This document shows positions 26,900 through 39,309 of a DNA stretch of 64,000 nt, in pieces. The notes under the pieces are model-generated. The model saw nothing but the letters and a program-made list of their open reading frames with translations. It was not told the DNA's origin and ran no database searches. The position numbers were made by a program, and so were the translations under genes. This stretch comes from Podarcis liolepis. Its lineage: Eukaryota. Position 1 is the first letter of the stretch. The number at the start of each line of letters is the position of its first letter. The stretch lies in assembly GCA_965112155.1 (NCBI GenBank), contig OZ218108.1, one strand, 5' to 3'.

Positions 26900-28250
26900 G
26901 TCCCTTCATATGCTCTAGTATTTCACTCCTACCATTTGCCTCCAAACCACTGCCACAAACTCTGACTGCTTCCCCTGTATTTTCTCAAAAACCTCTTTAG
27001 ACCCACTACAAGCTGGCTTCCATCATCTGCACTGCACTGAAACTATATTCATCCTGCTTGACTACCTTCCACCACTTTTGAATTCTTCTATCCTGGTTAA
27101 CTTACTTATCAAACCTTTATTAGGCATTGTGCAAATAAAACCATAAAAGAGGAAATAACATATAAAAGCCTTGAAATATATATAAAAGGCAGCAGTTGGC
27201 TACATACATATATATATATATACACATATAAAATCAGTGGTTTTCGTTGTTAACCTGCTCCTTGGAGGACTGCTACCAAAAACTCGGCTACCCCCGCCGT
27301 TACCCTTTGGTCGACGTCGGATAGGCAGAATCCCACACATTCACCTTGCTGGGGTTCCAGACCACCCAAAAGAGGGGACAGCACGCGTTGACGCCAGGAG
27401 GAGGAGCCGAACCTATGGAGGTGGGAGGTGCAAGGGCTCAGTCAGCAACCAGAGCCCTAGCACCAGCAGCAGTGAAAGCGAAGCCTCCTAGAGGGAACAG
27501 GAAGTGTTACGTCTGTGAGGAGCCAGGGCATATGGCGAAAGAGTGTCCCCACGTCAGACTATCCTGGTTAACTCCCTTTATACCTTGGTGTCCACGATTC
27601 TGTTCTCATCGACTGCTTTTCCAACATCACTCATTCAGTATTTCAACCCAGGGCACCTTTTTCCTCTGCTCTCCTCTTCTCTGTTGTGGGGCTTAAGGGG
27701 CCTATTCTTGGCTCTTTGCTATTCTCTCTACACACAAAAATCTTTTGCTTTATGCTGATGGTATCTAGTTCCATTTCTCTGACTGAGAACATTCTCTTTC
27801 CATCCAATACATCAACTGCCTGCCTAATATTTCTTGCATTGGCATCTCAAACTTATTACATTTAAGAACAAACTTTTCATTTTTCTTCCCAATTCTTCCT
27901 CTCCTCCCTTCATTGGCCGTCTTCAAAATCCATCTTGTAAATCAGGTACAAAGCTTTGACTTTATCTTCGATTGTCTCCTCTTTTTTGCTACGTACTGTC
28001 CATTTTGAAGTAATGTGATTCTTTCTATACCACATTGTGAAAATACAGCTGTTCCTCTTATACCGCCCCCTTGGTAAACTGCCTAGCCTTTAGTACTGCA
28101 ATTGTCTCTCTAATTTTGTTGTCACACCTCAGCCTTCTCTGTTTTACAAATTCAGCTCTTTTAATTCAGATCACGAGGCTCTCCTCATTTAATCGCTACA
28201 ATGGCTTCCTATTTGCTTCCCTATTTGCTTCTGTACTTAGCACTTCATAG
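26900..28250 (+). mobile_element. Old L2-type LINE RT relic hosting the 27103-27558 insertion
   Basis: 27000-27044 translates DPLQAGFHHLHCTET (cf. DPxQSGFRxxHSTET); a GPILGSLLFSL-like motif near 27700; YAD at 27751. Confidence 0.65.
27103..27558. mobile_element. Chimeric retro-insertion: LINE 3' end (minus) joined to a Gypsy-like gag fragment (plus)
   Basis: Perfect 15-bp TSD CTATCCTGGTTAACT (27088-27102, 27559-27573). Minus strand encodes GFCLSDVDQRVTAGVAEFLVAVLQGAG* with a 3'UTR ending GCCTAATAAAGGTTTG. Plus strand encodes EPMEVG (27409) and CYVCEEPGHMAKEC (27505-27546). Confidence 0.75.
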
Positions 28251-28317
28251 GATGTGACATGTGTGAAGACAACTATAATCAGGAGTGTTCCCTGTGCATG
28301 GGTCTTTTCCCCTACAC

Positions 28318-28542
28318 CAGTGGTTCCCAACCTTTTTTTGGCCATGCTCCACCTAAGCATCTCTAAAATCCTGATCCACCCCTCCCCCCGTGATATATAA
28401 TTCTTATTATTCAAAAAGTGAACTTCTATTCATGTGGAGGAAGCCTAAAAGGCTTAACTGTTAATAACTCATTCCTGAATTGCCCCCTTAAAAATTAAAT
28501 TGCCCCCCTGTGTGGGGGGGTGCCTCACGTTGGGAACCATGG
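28318..28542. mobile_element. Non-autonomous hAT (Charlie-like) element
   Basis: CAGTGGTTCCCAAC ... GTTGGGAACCATGG; perfect 8-bp TSD CCCTACAC (28310-28317, 28543-28550). Confidence 0.85.
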
Positions 28543-29739
28543 CCCTACACTTTCTGTCACTCAATGAGCAGCTGAGATAACTGAGTAGCTTTCAGATCAG
28601 CTACAGCAGAAGTAGGGAACTCGGTTTAGATGGATCACCAGATCCTTCCCCACTCCTTGTGGGTCAACTTAACAGGTGGGCAGATCACTGACCTGTCAAT
28701 CAACAGATGGGATAATAACATCAAGTGTTTGACACCAGTGAAAGTTCATAGGCAGTGGCTGTAACAGCCGATCAGCTGATCAATGATTACAGCAACTTTC
28801 TTTGAAGACATGCTTTCTGCACCAGTCAACTGATTAGGGTGCTAGGTGTGTGCTTTCCAAGAGGCTCTTTAAACCACGGTTCTCCATTTCAAAAGTAATG
28901 GGGGATCTGTGGTTTTATGTTGGTTTACTAATCAGGAAAAAAACATGGTTTAAGATCCTGTGCTGCTTAATAAACCAACATTAATACACAGTTATCTGTT
29001 TGGAATGAAGCAGGAAACTGTGGTTTTTAAAGCCCAGGAATCCACACCATAATCAGCATATTAGAGAGGTGGGGAAGAAAGAGTTGGCCTGATTCGCAGC
29101 TTTATAGTTTACAAAGCTAGAAATGTTACATTTTAAAAAGGCCCTGTAAAACCCTTTGTTATTTAAAACAGGCTTATAAACTAAGCTGACTTTTCTTTCA
29201 TGGAACAATAGAGGATTAGTACCTGCTTTGGCAGCTAATACAGAAGCTAATAGAAAAATTGCTCTCTTTTTTCACTTTTTGAATTAGCTGCAGATGGTTC
29301 ACACTATGTCAGAAGAGAAAGTAAAAAGCAGCCCAATAACAAAATAATTTGCAAAACTCTACAAAAATTATGACTTTTAGGATTTAAGGGATTGTTATCC
29401 CTATAATCATGTTTGGAGTCCTACTAATTTCAGCTAAACTTCCAGTTGTTTTGAAGAACTAAAAACAATATTGTACATCTTTCTTAACTTCTGTAAGAAT
29501 CTGTTTTGTTAAAAATATATATACTGGAAGTTGCAGCTTCTTGCAACTAATGACATATCCAAACAGAAAAGATGTGAGGAACATTTATATGCCTGCATTG
29601 CTATATATACAGTATACATTTTCAAATCTATAGCAGGAGCTTTTGATAGTGAAAAAAAGCTCTTTTGAAAATCTCACGAAACAACTATTGAATGCATTAT
29701 CAGACATTAAAAACCAAAATGCTTTGAACTGTGACTTAC

Positions 29740-30047
29740 TTCCCAGAGGTGTTGGGTGTTCCTTGTGGCTCCGGCTTGCACCTTTTCTGGCAGAAGGAGA
29801 ACTCCCTGGAAAGGCCCGATCCAGGTGCCCTGCTGAATCCTTTGAGCAGCACAGATGCCATAGGCCAAACCAGGCACAGTGCTGGTGCACAGACACACTT
29901 CCCGGGGCAGATCCCGAAGCCACTCAGGAATCTCAGGTGGAGGGGCGGCGGCAGCAGCACTACTAGTGCCCACCAGACGGCGTAAAGAGTGCAAAGGGCC
30001 ATGCATGGGGCACTCTCCATTACGATTATCTGCACACATGTCACATC
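29740..30047 (-). CDS. PRDM6: PRDM6 exon 3 (308 nt): PR zinc knuckle C-x2-C-x7-C-x2-H and N-terminal part of the PR/SET domain
   Basis: Acceptor ctttgctctgTAG|GA (AG at 30049-30048). C from exon 2 plus GA gives Arg, continuing [20 protein letters not shown]...GTWIGPFQG...NTQHLWE. Donor GAA|GTAAGT with GT at 29739-29738. Phases join correctly. Confidence 0.96.
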
Positions 30048-30162
30048 CTACAGAGCAAAGACAAAAACAAAAAGGAATTAGCTTGTCACAGCTAGGCTAC
30101 TGTCATCAGATCTCATGGATTAATCATGTGGATTATAATTTTGGGATGACAGTTCACCTATA

Positions 30163-30368
30163 CAGTGGTACCTCGGGTTACAGACACTTCAGGTTACAGA
30201 TGCTTCAGGTTACAGACTCTGCTTCAGGATGAGAACAGAAATCGTGCTCCGGCGGCACAGCGGCATCAGGAGGCCCCATTAGCTAAAGTGGTGCTTCAGG
30301 TTAAGAACAGTTTCAACTTAAGAACAGACCTCCAGAATGAATTAAGTACTTAACCCAAGGTACCACTG
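30163..30368 (+). mobile_element. Tc1/mariner MITE, family A copy 3
   Basis: Same TIRs (one mismatch), TA TSD, internal deletion relative to copy 2. Confidence 0.9.
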
Positions 30369-30430
30369 TATTTTACTATCTGCTTCTGTTTTCATTATTT
30401 GTTTGCTTCTTATGTATTTTAAGTAAGATC

Positions 30431-30602
30431 CCATATTTTTCCATCTATAAGACGCTTCCATGTATAAGATGCCCCCTATTTGGGGGGGACTCCAATTTAA
30501 GAAAATGGGGGGAGGGAGATCTATCTGCGTATAAGACGCCCCCAAATTTTGGACATTATTTTTTAGGGGGGGAAACCTAGTCTTATACATGGGAAAATAC
30601 GG
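30431..30602. mobile_element. CCGTA-TIR Tc1/mariner (Tc2-like) MITE
   Basis: CCATATTTTTCC..TATAAGACG ... GTCTTATACATGGGAAAATACGG|TA; inverted homolog of 39139-39309. Confidence 0.8.
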
Positions 30603-31515
30603 TACTTTGGGCACAGTCTTCTGTAGTAAAAGTAGTGCACAAAGTAAACCGATGATGACTAATTGAAATTATCATGAAAATAGGATGTGTAGTGACTGTG
30701 GTAGGGTACAGAAATACAAATCTCCAAGTTTTAGCTAGCCATGATTTCACTTAAGGCTTTTAGTCAAATATTTTGTACACGATTATTTCTGAAGAAATGT
30801 TTACTCGTTTCCACAGTAAAATGTAAATGCATGTTATGTTTATGCCAACTTTATGAATGGCAAGCTATTCATGAAACTACACCTTTGCCCGTTCTTATTT
30901 CAGGGTGGGAGTCTACTAAGCTGTGTGCATGGAATGAGACCTGCTCGTGCAATGGGAGTTTCTTCCTTCACTCCCTAAACCTGCCCTGGAGGACTCAGGG
31001 AACCCCTATAACAGGTTTCGGGGGCACACATGGGGAGGAGAGTGAGGAACAAGTCTTGTAGTACAAGCAGATCTCATTCCCCATGTGCATGCCCCATTTA
31101 TAGTGCCATTGTCAGCCCCTTCAATTTCAGTTCAGTATTATAAGAATTTCTAATCTTTACTGACACCAGAAAATGTTATGTACATACAGTAACTAATGCA
31201 TAGCATCCTTACAATACATTAAAATTTTACTATTTTTTCCCCTTATATGAATAAAAAGGACTTCAGAAGTTTTCATTTTATTCTGTTTCATGTTAATGGT
31301 TTCCATATTCTTTACATGAAGGTTCTGGACTTTCAAGAGAACAGTTCATGCTCAGAAATATGTTTTGCAACTAAAATAAAAATGAATCCCTTTGAATCAA
31401 TTACAGTTCCTGGCACATTTTATACATTGTAACACAATTAAAGGTTTCAGACAACTCTTTTCCAGAAATATTTTCAAAAAGTAGTACTTGTTCTACATTA
31501 TTTACACAGCAATTA

Positions 31516-31684
31516 CCGTATTTTTCGCTCTATAACACGCACTCGACCATAACACGCATGTAGTTTTTAGAGGAGGAAAATCTGTAGGCATTCCACCCGT
31601 AGGCATTCCCTCCATAACACGCACAGACATTTCCCCTTACTTTTTAGGAGGAAAAAAGTGAGTGTTATGGTGCAAAAAATACGG
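31516..31684. mobile_element. CCGTA-TIR MITE, second family
   Basis: TA|CCGTATTTTTCGCTCTATAAC ... GTTATGGTGCAAAAAATACGG|TA. Confidence 0.85.
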
Positions 31685-32070
31685 TACTTTCCCCCTGATA
31701 ATTCTGCATCATACACATCCAGCAGCTAAAAATAAAACAAAAATATTCACCAGTTGGTTAGGGATTTGGTGGTCTAAACCACAAATCTGGAATAAGTAAG
31801 CAGCCTAAAACCACAGTTATAAACCCAGCAGGACTGTCACGGCCTTCTTGCCTCCTATGTTAGATAAACTTCAGTACAGTATACTGTGTAAGAATCTTTC
31901 AGAGAAGTACAAAAAGTTTCTACCTATTCAATGTGATTATGAGTCACATAACTAAAATGCAGCCTCTTATTTCTGCAGTTGATAACTTACACACGTATAT
32001 TATGGCACCTAGGTGCAATTTATCACAGCTCAAGTTAATTTATCACTGTTCAAAGGCTCATAATTAATTA

Positions 32071-32438
32071 CCGTATATACTCGAGTATAAGCTGACCTTT
32101 TCAGCACATTTTTTATGCTGAAAAAGCCCCCTTGGCTGATACTTGAGTGAGGGTCCCACTTACTGTTTGCTGCCACAGCTCATGCCACCGCTGCTCTGCA
32201 AGCGCGGCTCCTGTGCCTGCCCTTGCGAGCGGCAGAGGCTGTTGTTGGCGGAGGAGGAGGAGGAACGAGCAGCCCGAAAGCAGCCTTTCAGGCTGCTCCT
32301 TTCTCCGCCGCCACCTTGTCACTGTCAGCATTTCCCACCCTAGGCTTATTCTCGAGTCAATAGGTTTTCCCAGTTTTTTGTGGTAAAATTAGGTGCCTCA
32401 GCTTATATTCGGGTTGGCTCATTCTCGAGTATATACGG
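32071..32438. mobile_element. CCGTA-TIR MITE, third family, with a GC-rich interior
   Basis: TA|CCGTATATACTCGAG ... CTCGAGTATATACGG|TA. Confidence 0.88.
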
Positions 32439-32759
32439 TACATGGTTTTTTTACAACCATCTAGATGAACAGTAAATCAGAATATATATATTAAAATATA
32501 ATTAATTTGAAGATTCCTTTAAATATGCAAGGCTGTAAGGAATACAGCATTAAGCAGCAAAGTAAAACAGTTATCCTCCAGCTGTTAAGCACCTTTGCCA
32601 AAAAACTGATTGAAGTGCACTGCAGCATATAAAATGGGATATTTGACTTTTTCTTTCAACAGCCGATCTCTATACATATTACTTTTTTAAGGTCGTAGGT
32701 TTCAACAGCAGTTTGCCATAAAACACTGGATGGTAGTGTTTGAGAAACGTGAACCCAAA

Positions 32760-32950
32760 GCTGGGACAGCTCAGCTAGTACAGCATAAGACTCTTAATCT
32801 CAGGGTTGTGGGTTTGAGCCCCACGTTGGGCAAAGCATTCCTGCATTGCAAGGGATACACTAGATCACCCTTGTGTTCCCTTCCAACTCTACAATTCTAT
32901 GATTCTTGGGCACAAACAACTAGTTACCTTCCAATTCTAAGATTCTATGA
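32760..32950 (+). mobile_element. tRNA-Lys(CTT)-derived SINE with CR1-type 3' tail
   Basis: Head AGCTCAG..AGCATAAGACTCTTAATCTCAGGGTTGTGGGTTTGAGCCCCACGTTGGGC followed by CCCTTCCAACTCTACAATTCTATGATTCT. A second tail copy lies at 32927-32950. Confidence 0.8.
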
Positions 32951-34051
32951 CATGGTTATTTAGATTCAAGAAAATCACTTGGTACTCTATTAGGTCTACT
33001 TGGAGTGGTACATACTTTCAAGTGAGTATGTTAGGGATTCCAGCTAAAAGCCAGGTTCAGGTGTAATATTGCTGATGCAACAAACTATGGTCAGTTGAAG
33101 ATGGAATACTCATTCCTCAGGAATGAGCTCAAGTGTTCCCTCCTTTCCTCCTTCCTTTTCACGTCCAGCTGAGGAGACTTTCTGGTTTGCGAAACTATCA
33201 TTTCCCCAAGGCATCCAAACTGACAAACTCTAGTTTAAGCACTGCCTGCAACTAAAACTGTTCTGCAATCTTGGACTGCAGGCAGCACTTAAACACAATT
33301 CCTGGTCAAGACACCCTGAGCGAACTGTGATTTAACAAATCATGAAGTCACTTCTGCAGCCAGGTGTATGAAAGTGGAAGATAAAAAGAGCGTTCAGACT
33401 CATTGCTTTCCGCCCACTCTAACAAACTATAATCTGTTGGACTAGAAACATTATGTATGAACCAACCCACAAAGATACAGGACATTTGGCTGTGGTCAAA
33501 AGGATTATAAATCCTATATACAATCCTATCCCATCCTCAGATGAAATACTTGAAATCACTTTAATTCTGTTGGCTTCAATGCAATTTAAGCTTACTTAAA
33601 TCCTTTTATTTGTACCCAGAAATTATTTTGGATCAGGATGATAATTCCTGTTAATACAGGCAGATATATTCCCTAGTGCTGTAGAAAACTACAGAAGCTA
33701 ATGCTGATAAAAGTGGCATTAAGGCTCCATGCATTTCTTTAATGTTTTGTGAAGAAGAGATAGGCTGTTGTCTACACTTTCTTCCTATTTCCCTCATAAC
33801 CTTTTCCTTTCATTTCATAGAGTAGATATGGTTTTACAGGTGTAAAACTAATATTTCTCACTACTGAATATCCGCGTACACATTCAAACTATGGACCATT
33901 ACTTTTATTTTGGAAGCATATTATATAGGATGTGGTTTGGAAAATATCATATAAACACTACATATATGCATTGCTTTTGTTAAACCCTGTTTAAGGTATG
34001 ACACAAATATACTGTATTTGAAAAAGCACGCAGACATGGAAATGTTCCAAG

Positions 34052-34373
34052 CAGTGCCAGTCCCAGGCTATTTTGCACCCTAGGCAAGGCTTACACCACC
34101 AAAAAAATATTGCTAACTTCAATTTTCAAAAACTGATGCCATGTAGAAATGAGAACATTATTCAAAATATAAATTTCTGATATTTTATTTTTATATTTTG
34201 AATAATTTTATCATTTTTACAAGCCATGTGTTTCTGAAAATTGAAGTTAGCCTTTTTTATTATATAACAAAACATAATCTGTATAAAACTGTGCCCGCAA
34301 GGTTATACTGTGCTCCTCTGAGGTCTGTACTCTACGCAGCTGCCTAGTTGGCCTAATGATAGCACCCGCCCTA
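34052..34373. mobile_element. Non-autonomous hAT (Tip100-like) element with a long internal inverted repeat
   Basis: Perfect 8-bp TSD GTTCCAAG (34044-34051, 34374-34381); internal arms GCTAACTTCAATTTTCA.. / ..TGAAAATTGAAGTTAGC. Confidence 0.8.
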
Positions 34374-37260
34374 GTTCCAAGGACAATTGTTTGCTAGTGG
34401 TATCATTACTACATGCCTGACCACAATCCTGAAATCAATTAAACCAGGATCCTTGAACCCTGGTTTAGTTCCATTACCTTCTATAAACTATACCACTTGG
34501 TTACGTCAATCCTTACACCTCTGAAAGCAATACAATTTGCTTTTGAGTAAGTATGTGTAAGACAGAGGAGCACATGCAAAAAATTAAGTGTTTTGTGGAC
34601 TGCACTGTAATTGAACTGTGAGATGAGAAAGATGCAGCCTAGAGTGGACACCATCCTAGATAGGAAAATAGCTCAACAACATGTTTCTCACTACAAAGGG
34701 GTGGCAATTCAAGGAAGCCTACTCCATGGGGGGGGGGGGAATGCAATTTTACAGTATTTGTTTGAAAGCATTTATGAACCACTGAATATTTTTAAAAATC
34801 TCTAATCACTGTACAACATAAGAGCAATAAACAATATCATTAAAACAAAAATATAACATAAAACCAGTAAAAGAACATAAAAGAACCAGTAAAAGCACAT
34901 AAACAGAGTTTCAGGGAATTCAAACAAATAACAACAGAGCCTGGTTTCATGGGTCAGGGAAAGCTTGGCACTATCATTTGATTTATACTAATCTTCTTTA
35001 AGCAAAATCAATAATAAACCCAATTGATTGTTCCTTATAAAGAATGAACTCATGCTGGCTAGCCCCAAAACTAAACTTGCAACCATTCTCTCTCCCCCCC
35101 CCCACCCCTTTAACCTTTCATTATAGCCTCTTTAAGATTTCTTTTACTGTATGAATCTGGGTTGGGGTGGGGGGAATCTTGTTGGAAAGTCTTAAGATTT
35201 AGGAAACGACTGATCAAGATTTCAGTTACTTTTCAGACCAGACCCTTGATTCTGGAATAATTTGTTCCCTGCTGACAATCTTTTAGATGTGTAACCTCCT
35301 CCCAGCTTCCTGATTATTAATGGCTCTCTTGGAGACACCATGTCTACTGAACAGCTTCAATTAAATGAAGCCAAAGCATCTTTTTTACTCCAGCAGGCAG
35401 CTTTAAGCTCAAACTTCTGCACTCTGCCACTAGATATGTAACATCATTCACTTTTACACATACATGAGGGTTTTAGAACCTCTGATAAAACATAAAAATA
35501 TGAGATAGGCATACATGCTGGAATCAATAGCTTTTTTGGGGGGGGGACTCTTTGCTCCTTTTCTGTACAAGAAATAAAACTGAGTACTGTACTACAAAAA
35601 AAAATTGGGGGGAGGTGGAGACTACATAAATGTCAATTGTTTCCCAGCTCTAAGAGTAGATTCCACCTGTGGAAACTATGCTAATAGACAAATAAACAAG
35701 TGATCTGCTTGACTTATGTAAAGAATGTGCTTGCTTTATGCATTTTCCTTATTTATACTGAAACTTCATATCCAGAAAGACTGACAACAGTTTCTGTAGC
35801 CAGAATTGCTAACATATATAGTCATAAAATTATTATAAATGTCTTGGCTATTTACTCTGAACACTATCTAAGCTACAAGCATTATTCATGATGTAATATA
35901 AACCCAACTTTACAATTTGCTGAATTCTACTATATTCCAAAAGGCATTCCAAGATTATCTGAGTACGTAATTATCTTCTGAATATATGTTTGCCTTGATT
36001 TCAGAGTAGGTCTGTAAAACTGAATTTTACAGTATTTTTATTGTGTCCCCAGTATTTATAATACTGTTTAAACGCTGACCACAATGTTCCATTTTTTAAA
36101 AAAGCTTACCATTCAAATCCTAAACTCATTATTTGGAAGTAACTGAAATAGTTCTGCTCAAGTATTTAGGAGTCAAGCATACCTCTAAATGAGTTTATAC
36201 ATAAATTTCATTCAGATTAATTGAAAACTAAATGTAAGGTGGCCCAGTCCCACTCAGTGTAAAGTAGCAGCTCTTATTGCCTTCAGTAGAATTTGCATCC
36301 TACAATTCATAACATGGATACAAATTGTATTAATTTTAGTTAACACTACTTCTAAGCAGTGTGCACTTTGAAACTACACAGATGTAGATCTAAATCTAAT
36401 GCACACAGTGTATAAGTCTGTTCCACTGAAATCAGTCTGGTTACCTGATGTACTGTATAAAGGCTGCTTTTCGCAATGTGAATATTTGTTTCAAAATAAT
36501 AATAAAAACATTTGGTAAAGTGGAAATGGTGCAATTAGCCTTTTGGCTACAGCTATACAGATCAGAAAGATGTGCAATTTATCTGCTCCCTGGTCCATTT
36601 ACAAGAAACTGGAATTTACACATGTTATACACTGCTCAGGACAGATATTAGTATTTCCCTCTTTAAAAAAAAAAGCGAGAAATAGAAATGGGGGAACCTA
36701 CATTTCAAAGCAAACAAAGTGATACAAAGGAAGTGATCAGCAATCTATCTATGTTTGTATGAATAATCATTTATAAAGAGAAAACTGCAACATAGGCCAC
36801 ATTTCTGATTTACTGCATTTATCAAGAGAATATTCTAATACTGTAGTCCGAACTTGCTGTTAGATGTAGAGAAATCCAAGAATCTTGAAACCAGAAGATT
36901 TTAGTTGAGGTTCCTTATGGTGCATGTGAAACTACTACTGTGACTTTGACATAAGTAACAGAACAAGTCTGATATTTTCAGAAGATCTGTCATGAAGGGC
37001 AACAAGGAGACATGAGGAACTGCTTCTTCCCTACATCTTTGACCACAGAATTAACTCTTGAAACTAGAAGGAGCTGTTCTGTTTACTTCAGTAGGCTTTT
37101 TGAACAGGCTCCTAATCAGCAAGAGGAAACCGTAGAAGATTGTCACAATATATTGGATAGACAATAAAATAGTGGCAACTTTTATTTCAGGGAAAATTTA
37201 TTCTGTAAATTAAGAAATAAATTGCAGTAAAAGCATTTGAATGGGGTTCATGGTGCATTT

Positions 37261-37478
37261 TAAGGCTGTGCTCCTACACACACACTTTCCTAGGGATAAG
37301 TTCCCATTAAACTGAATGAGACTCACTTTTGAGTAGACATGTACAGAATTGGACTGCAAAAGTCTCATGCAAGAATTTACACTTACAGCACAGTTCTATT
37401 CATATCTACTCAAAAGTAAGTCCCACTGAGGTCAATGGAGCTTACTCCCAAGTAAGTGTGTATAGAATGGCAGGCTTG
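37261..37478. repeat. Two units of the same foldback family
   Basis: CTACTCAAAAGTAAGTCCCACTGAGGTCAATGGAGCTTACTCCCAAGTAAG and an upstream unit starting TAA-GGCTG. Confidence 0.65.
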
Positions 37479-38164
37479 ATTAAAGCCATGAGCCACTATA
37501 CATTTAATTCAAGAGTAATTTTGTTGGTGTGAATTGGCATTACTGACATAAACAAATGGGGATTTTGACTGAAGATCACTTGGTGGTGGTGCGGAGTATC
37601 CAAAAATGTTTAAAAGGAATTCACATTATTCTTCCTTAAATCCCCACATTGTGTCAATAGAATGAAAAAGAGAGAAAAAATTATCATTTCCTGGGGGAAC
37701 TGTTAACAAAGGTTTCTTACATGATCCTCTTAGGAAGAATCAGTTGTAAACAAAAAAACCCCAAATACATTAGGGTTGTCAGTGAATTAGAGGTTTGTAG
37801 TCGATTAACTGTCGTGTTTTTTTACCAATTAATCAATTAATTAACTGGATGCAGTAAACCTTACACTTCCTCAACAGAGATCATAGCAGTTGATGACAAT
37901 AACATTTTTTCTTGATACGCACAATGATTCCGAGCATGATTACTCAGAAGTAAATCCCATGGAGTTCAGCAGGCTTTACTTCTAAGAAAGTGTGCTTAGG
38001 ACTGCTGCAATTCACCAAACCCAAGTCTCACTGAACTCAGTGGAAGTTACTTCTGAGTAAACATACAAACTTTTGTGCTACATATAACATACTTTACTGC
38101 TTGGAAAAGCAGCTTAACAACTATGCCAGAATAAAAAGCAATAGGTGGATTGGACCCCACATGA

Positions 38165-38330
38165 TATGAGTCAGACCCATTGGTCCATCTAGCTCAGTGC
38201 TGTTTGCAACAACTGCCAGTAGATCTCCAGGGTTTCAGGCAGGGTTCTCTTCCAGCCTTACCTAGAGATACTGGGAATTGAATTTGAGACCCTCTGCACG
38301 CAAGGCAGATGCTCTCCACTGAGCTTCCCA
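38165..38330 (-). mobile_element. tRNA-Ala-like SINE (same family as 15503-15647)
   Basis: GAGTCAGACCCATTGGTCCATCTAGCTCAGT...GGGAATTGAA..CTCTCCACTGAGC. Confidence 0.65.
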
Positions 38331-39138
38331 TCTGCAAGTTTTTACAATAAGAATATATATATATATAACGCCATCAACGCTGTAGAAGTCATTATTGCTG
38401 GCCATTCCTTTTCTAAAATAAAGAAGCAACAACACTAGAAAGAAGTCACTGAATTGGCTACTAATAAAATATGTTAACTTCTCTTATCCATTAATAGTTT
38501 AATCCCTTCCGTCTTAAAATGTGCACAGTTATCTCTACTGTCCCAATTTTACAAACAAGGAATGCCTTGTGTTAACTGTTATTTAACTGTTCGAACATAC
38601 CTGCACAAATAAATAGCAGTATAATAGTCTCAAATCCAACAGTTAATTTTCAACAGTGCATAAACACCACCATCATACAATAAAAATAAAAACACCTCAT
38701 GAAAATACAGGGGCAGACTTTGGTCTTAATTTTCAGCAGCTCCCTGTGCAAGGCCAAAATTAGGCGCCCTCCCCTCCGACCTCTCGCCTTCTGTTCTGCA
38801 TGTGCACTACATCATAGTTGTGATGTCCTGCAGTCACCCCTCAGTTCAGTGTGGGGAAACCAGCGCCCAATCTGCCTTTGGAAAATACTTGTGATACTGC
38901 TATGCAATGAGCCGACCACTAACTAAATCTTAAAGAGTTTGGCACCTAAGGTTGCATCATACTAGTCAGCTAATCTATGGCAACATACACAATCAAGCAT
39001 TTTCACATACTACACAAAAATTTCAAAAAAAGGCATTTAGTTTCTTTCATACTATGTGTGCCATGTTTGAATGTCGCCAGTGTAAGAAAGCAAGCAAAAT
39101 CAAACACACATTTTTACTCAGTGTGTATTTTATATTTA

Positions 39139-39309
39139 CCGTACTTTTCTGTGTATAAGACATGGGTTTTTTTTTACTTTAAAATAAGGTTTAAAATCTG
39201 GAGGCGTCTTATACACAGATAGAGCATATGCCCATTTTTTTTAATTTGGGGTCATAAAAAGTAAGGGGCGTCTTATACATGGGAGTGTCTTATACACGGG
39301 AAAATACGG
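39139..39309. mobile_element. CCGTA-TIR MITE (same family as 30431-30602, opposite orientation)
   Basis: TA|CCGTACTTTTCTGTGTATAAGAC ... GTCTTATACACGGGAAAATACGG|TA. Confidence 0.85.

Noticed and set aside
27346-27696. Host zinc-knuckle gene or domesticated gag
   Set aside because: Only about 70 codons lie within the TSD-bounded insert; the ORF start is TTG, there is no capsid region, and no splice context is evident.
32760-32832. tRNA-Lys(CTT) gene
   Set aside because: Acceptor stem and T-loop are degenerate (GGTTTGAG) and it runs straight into a CR1-type tail, so it is a SINE head.
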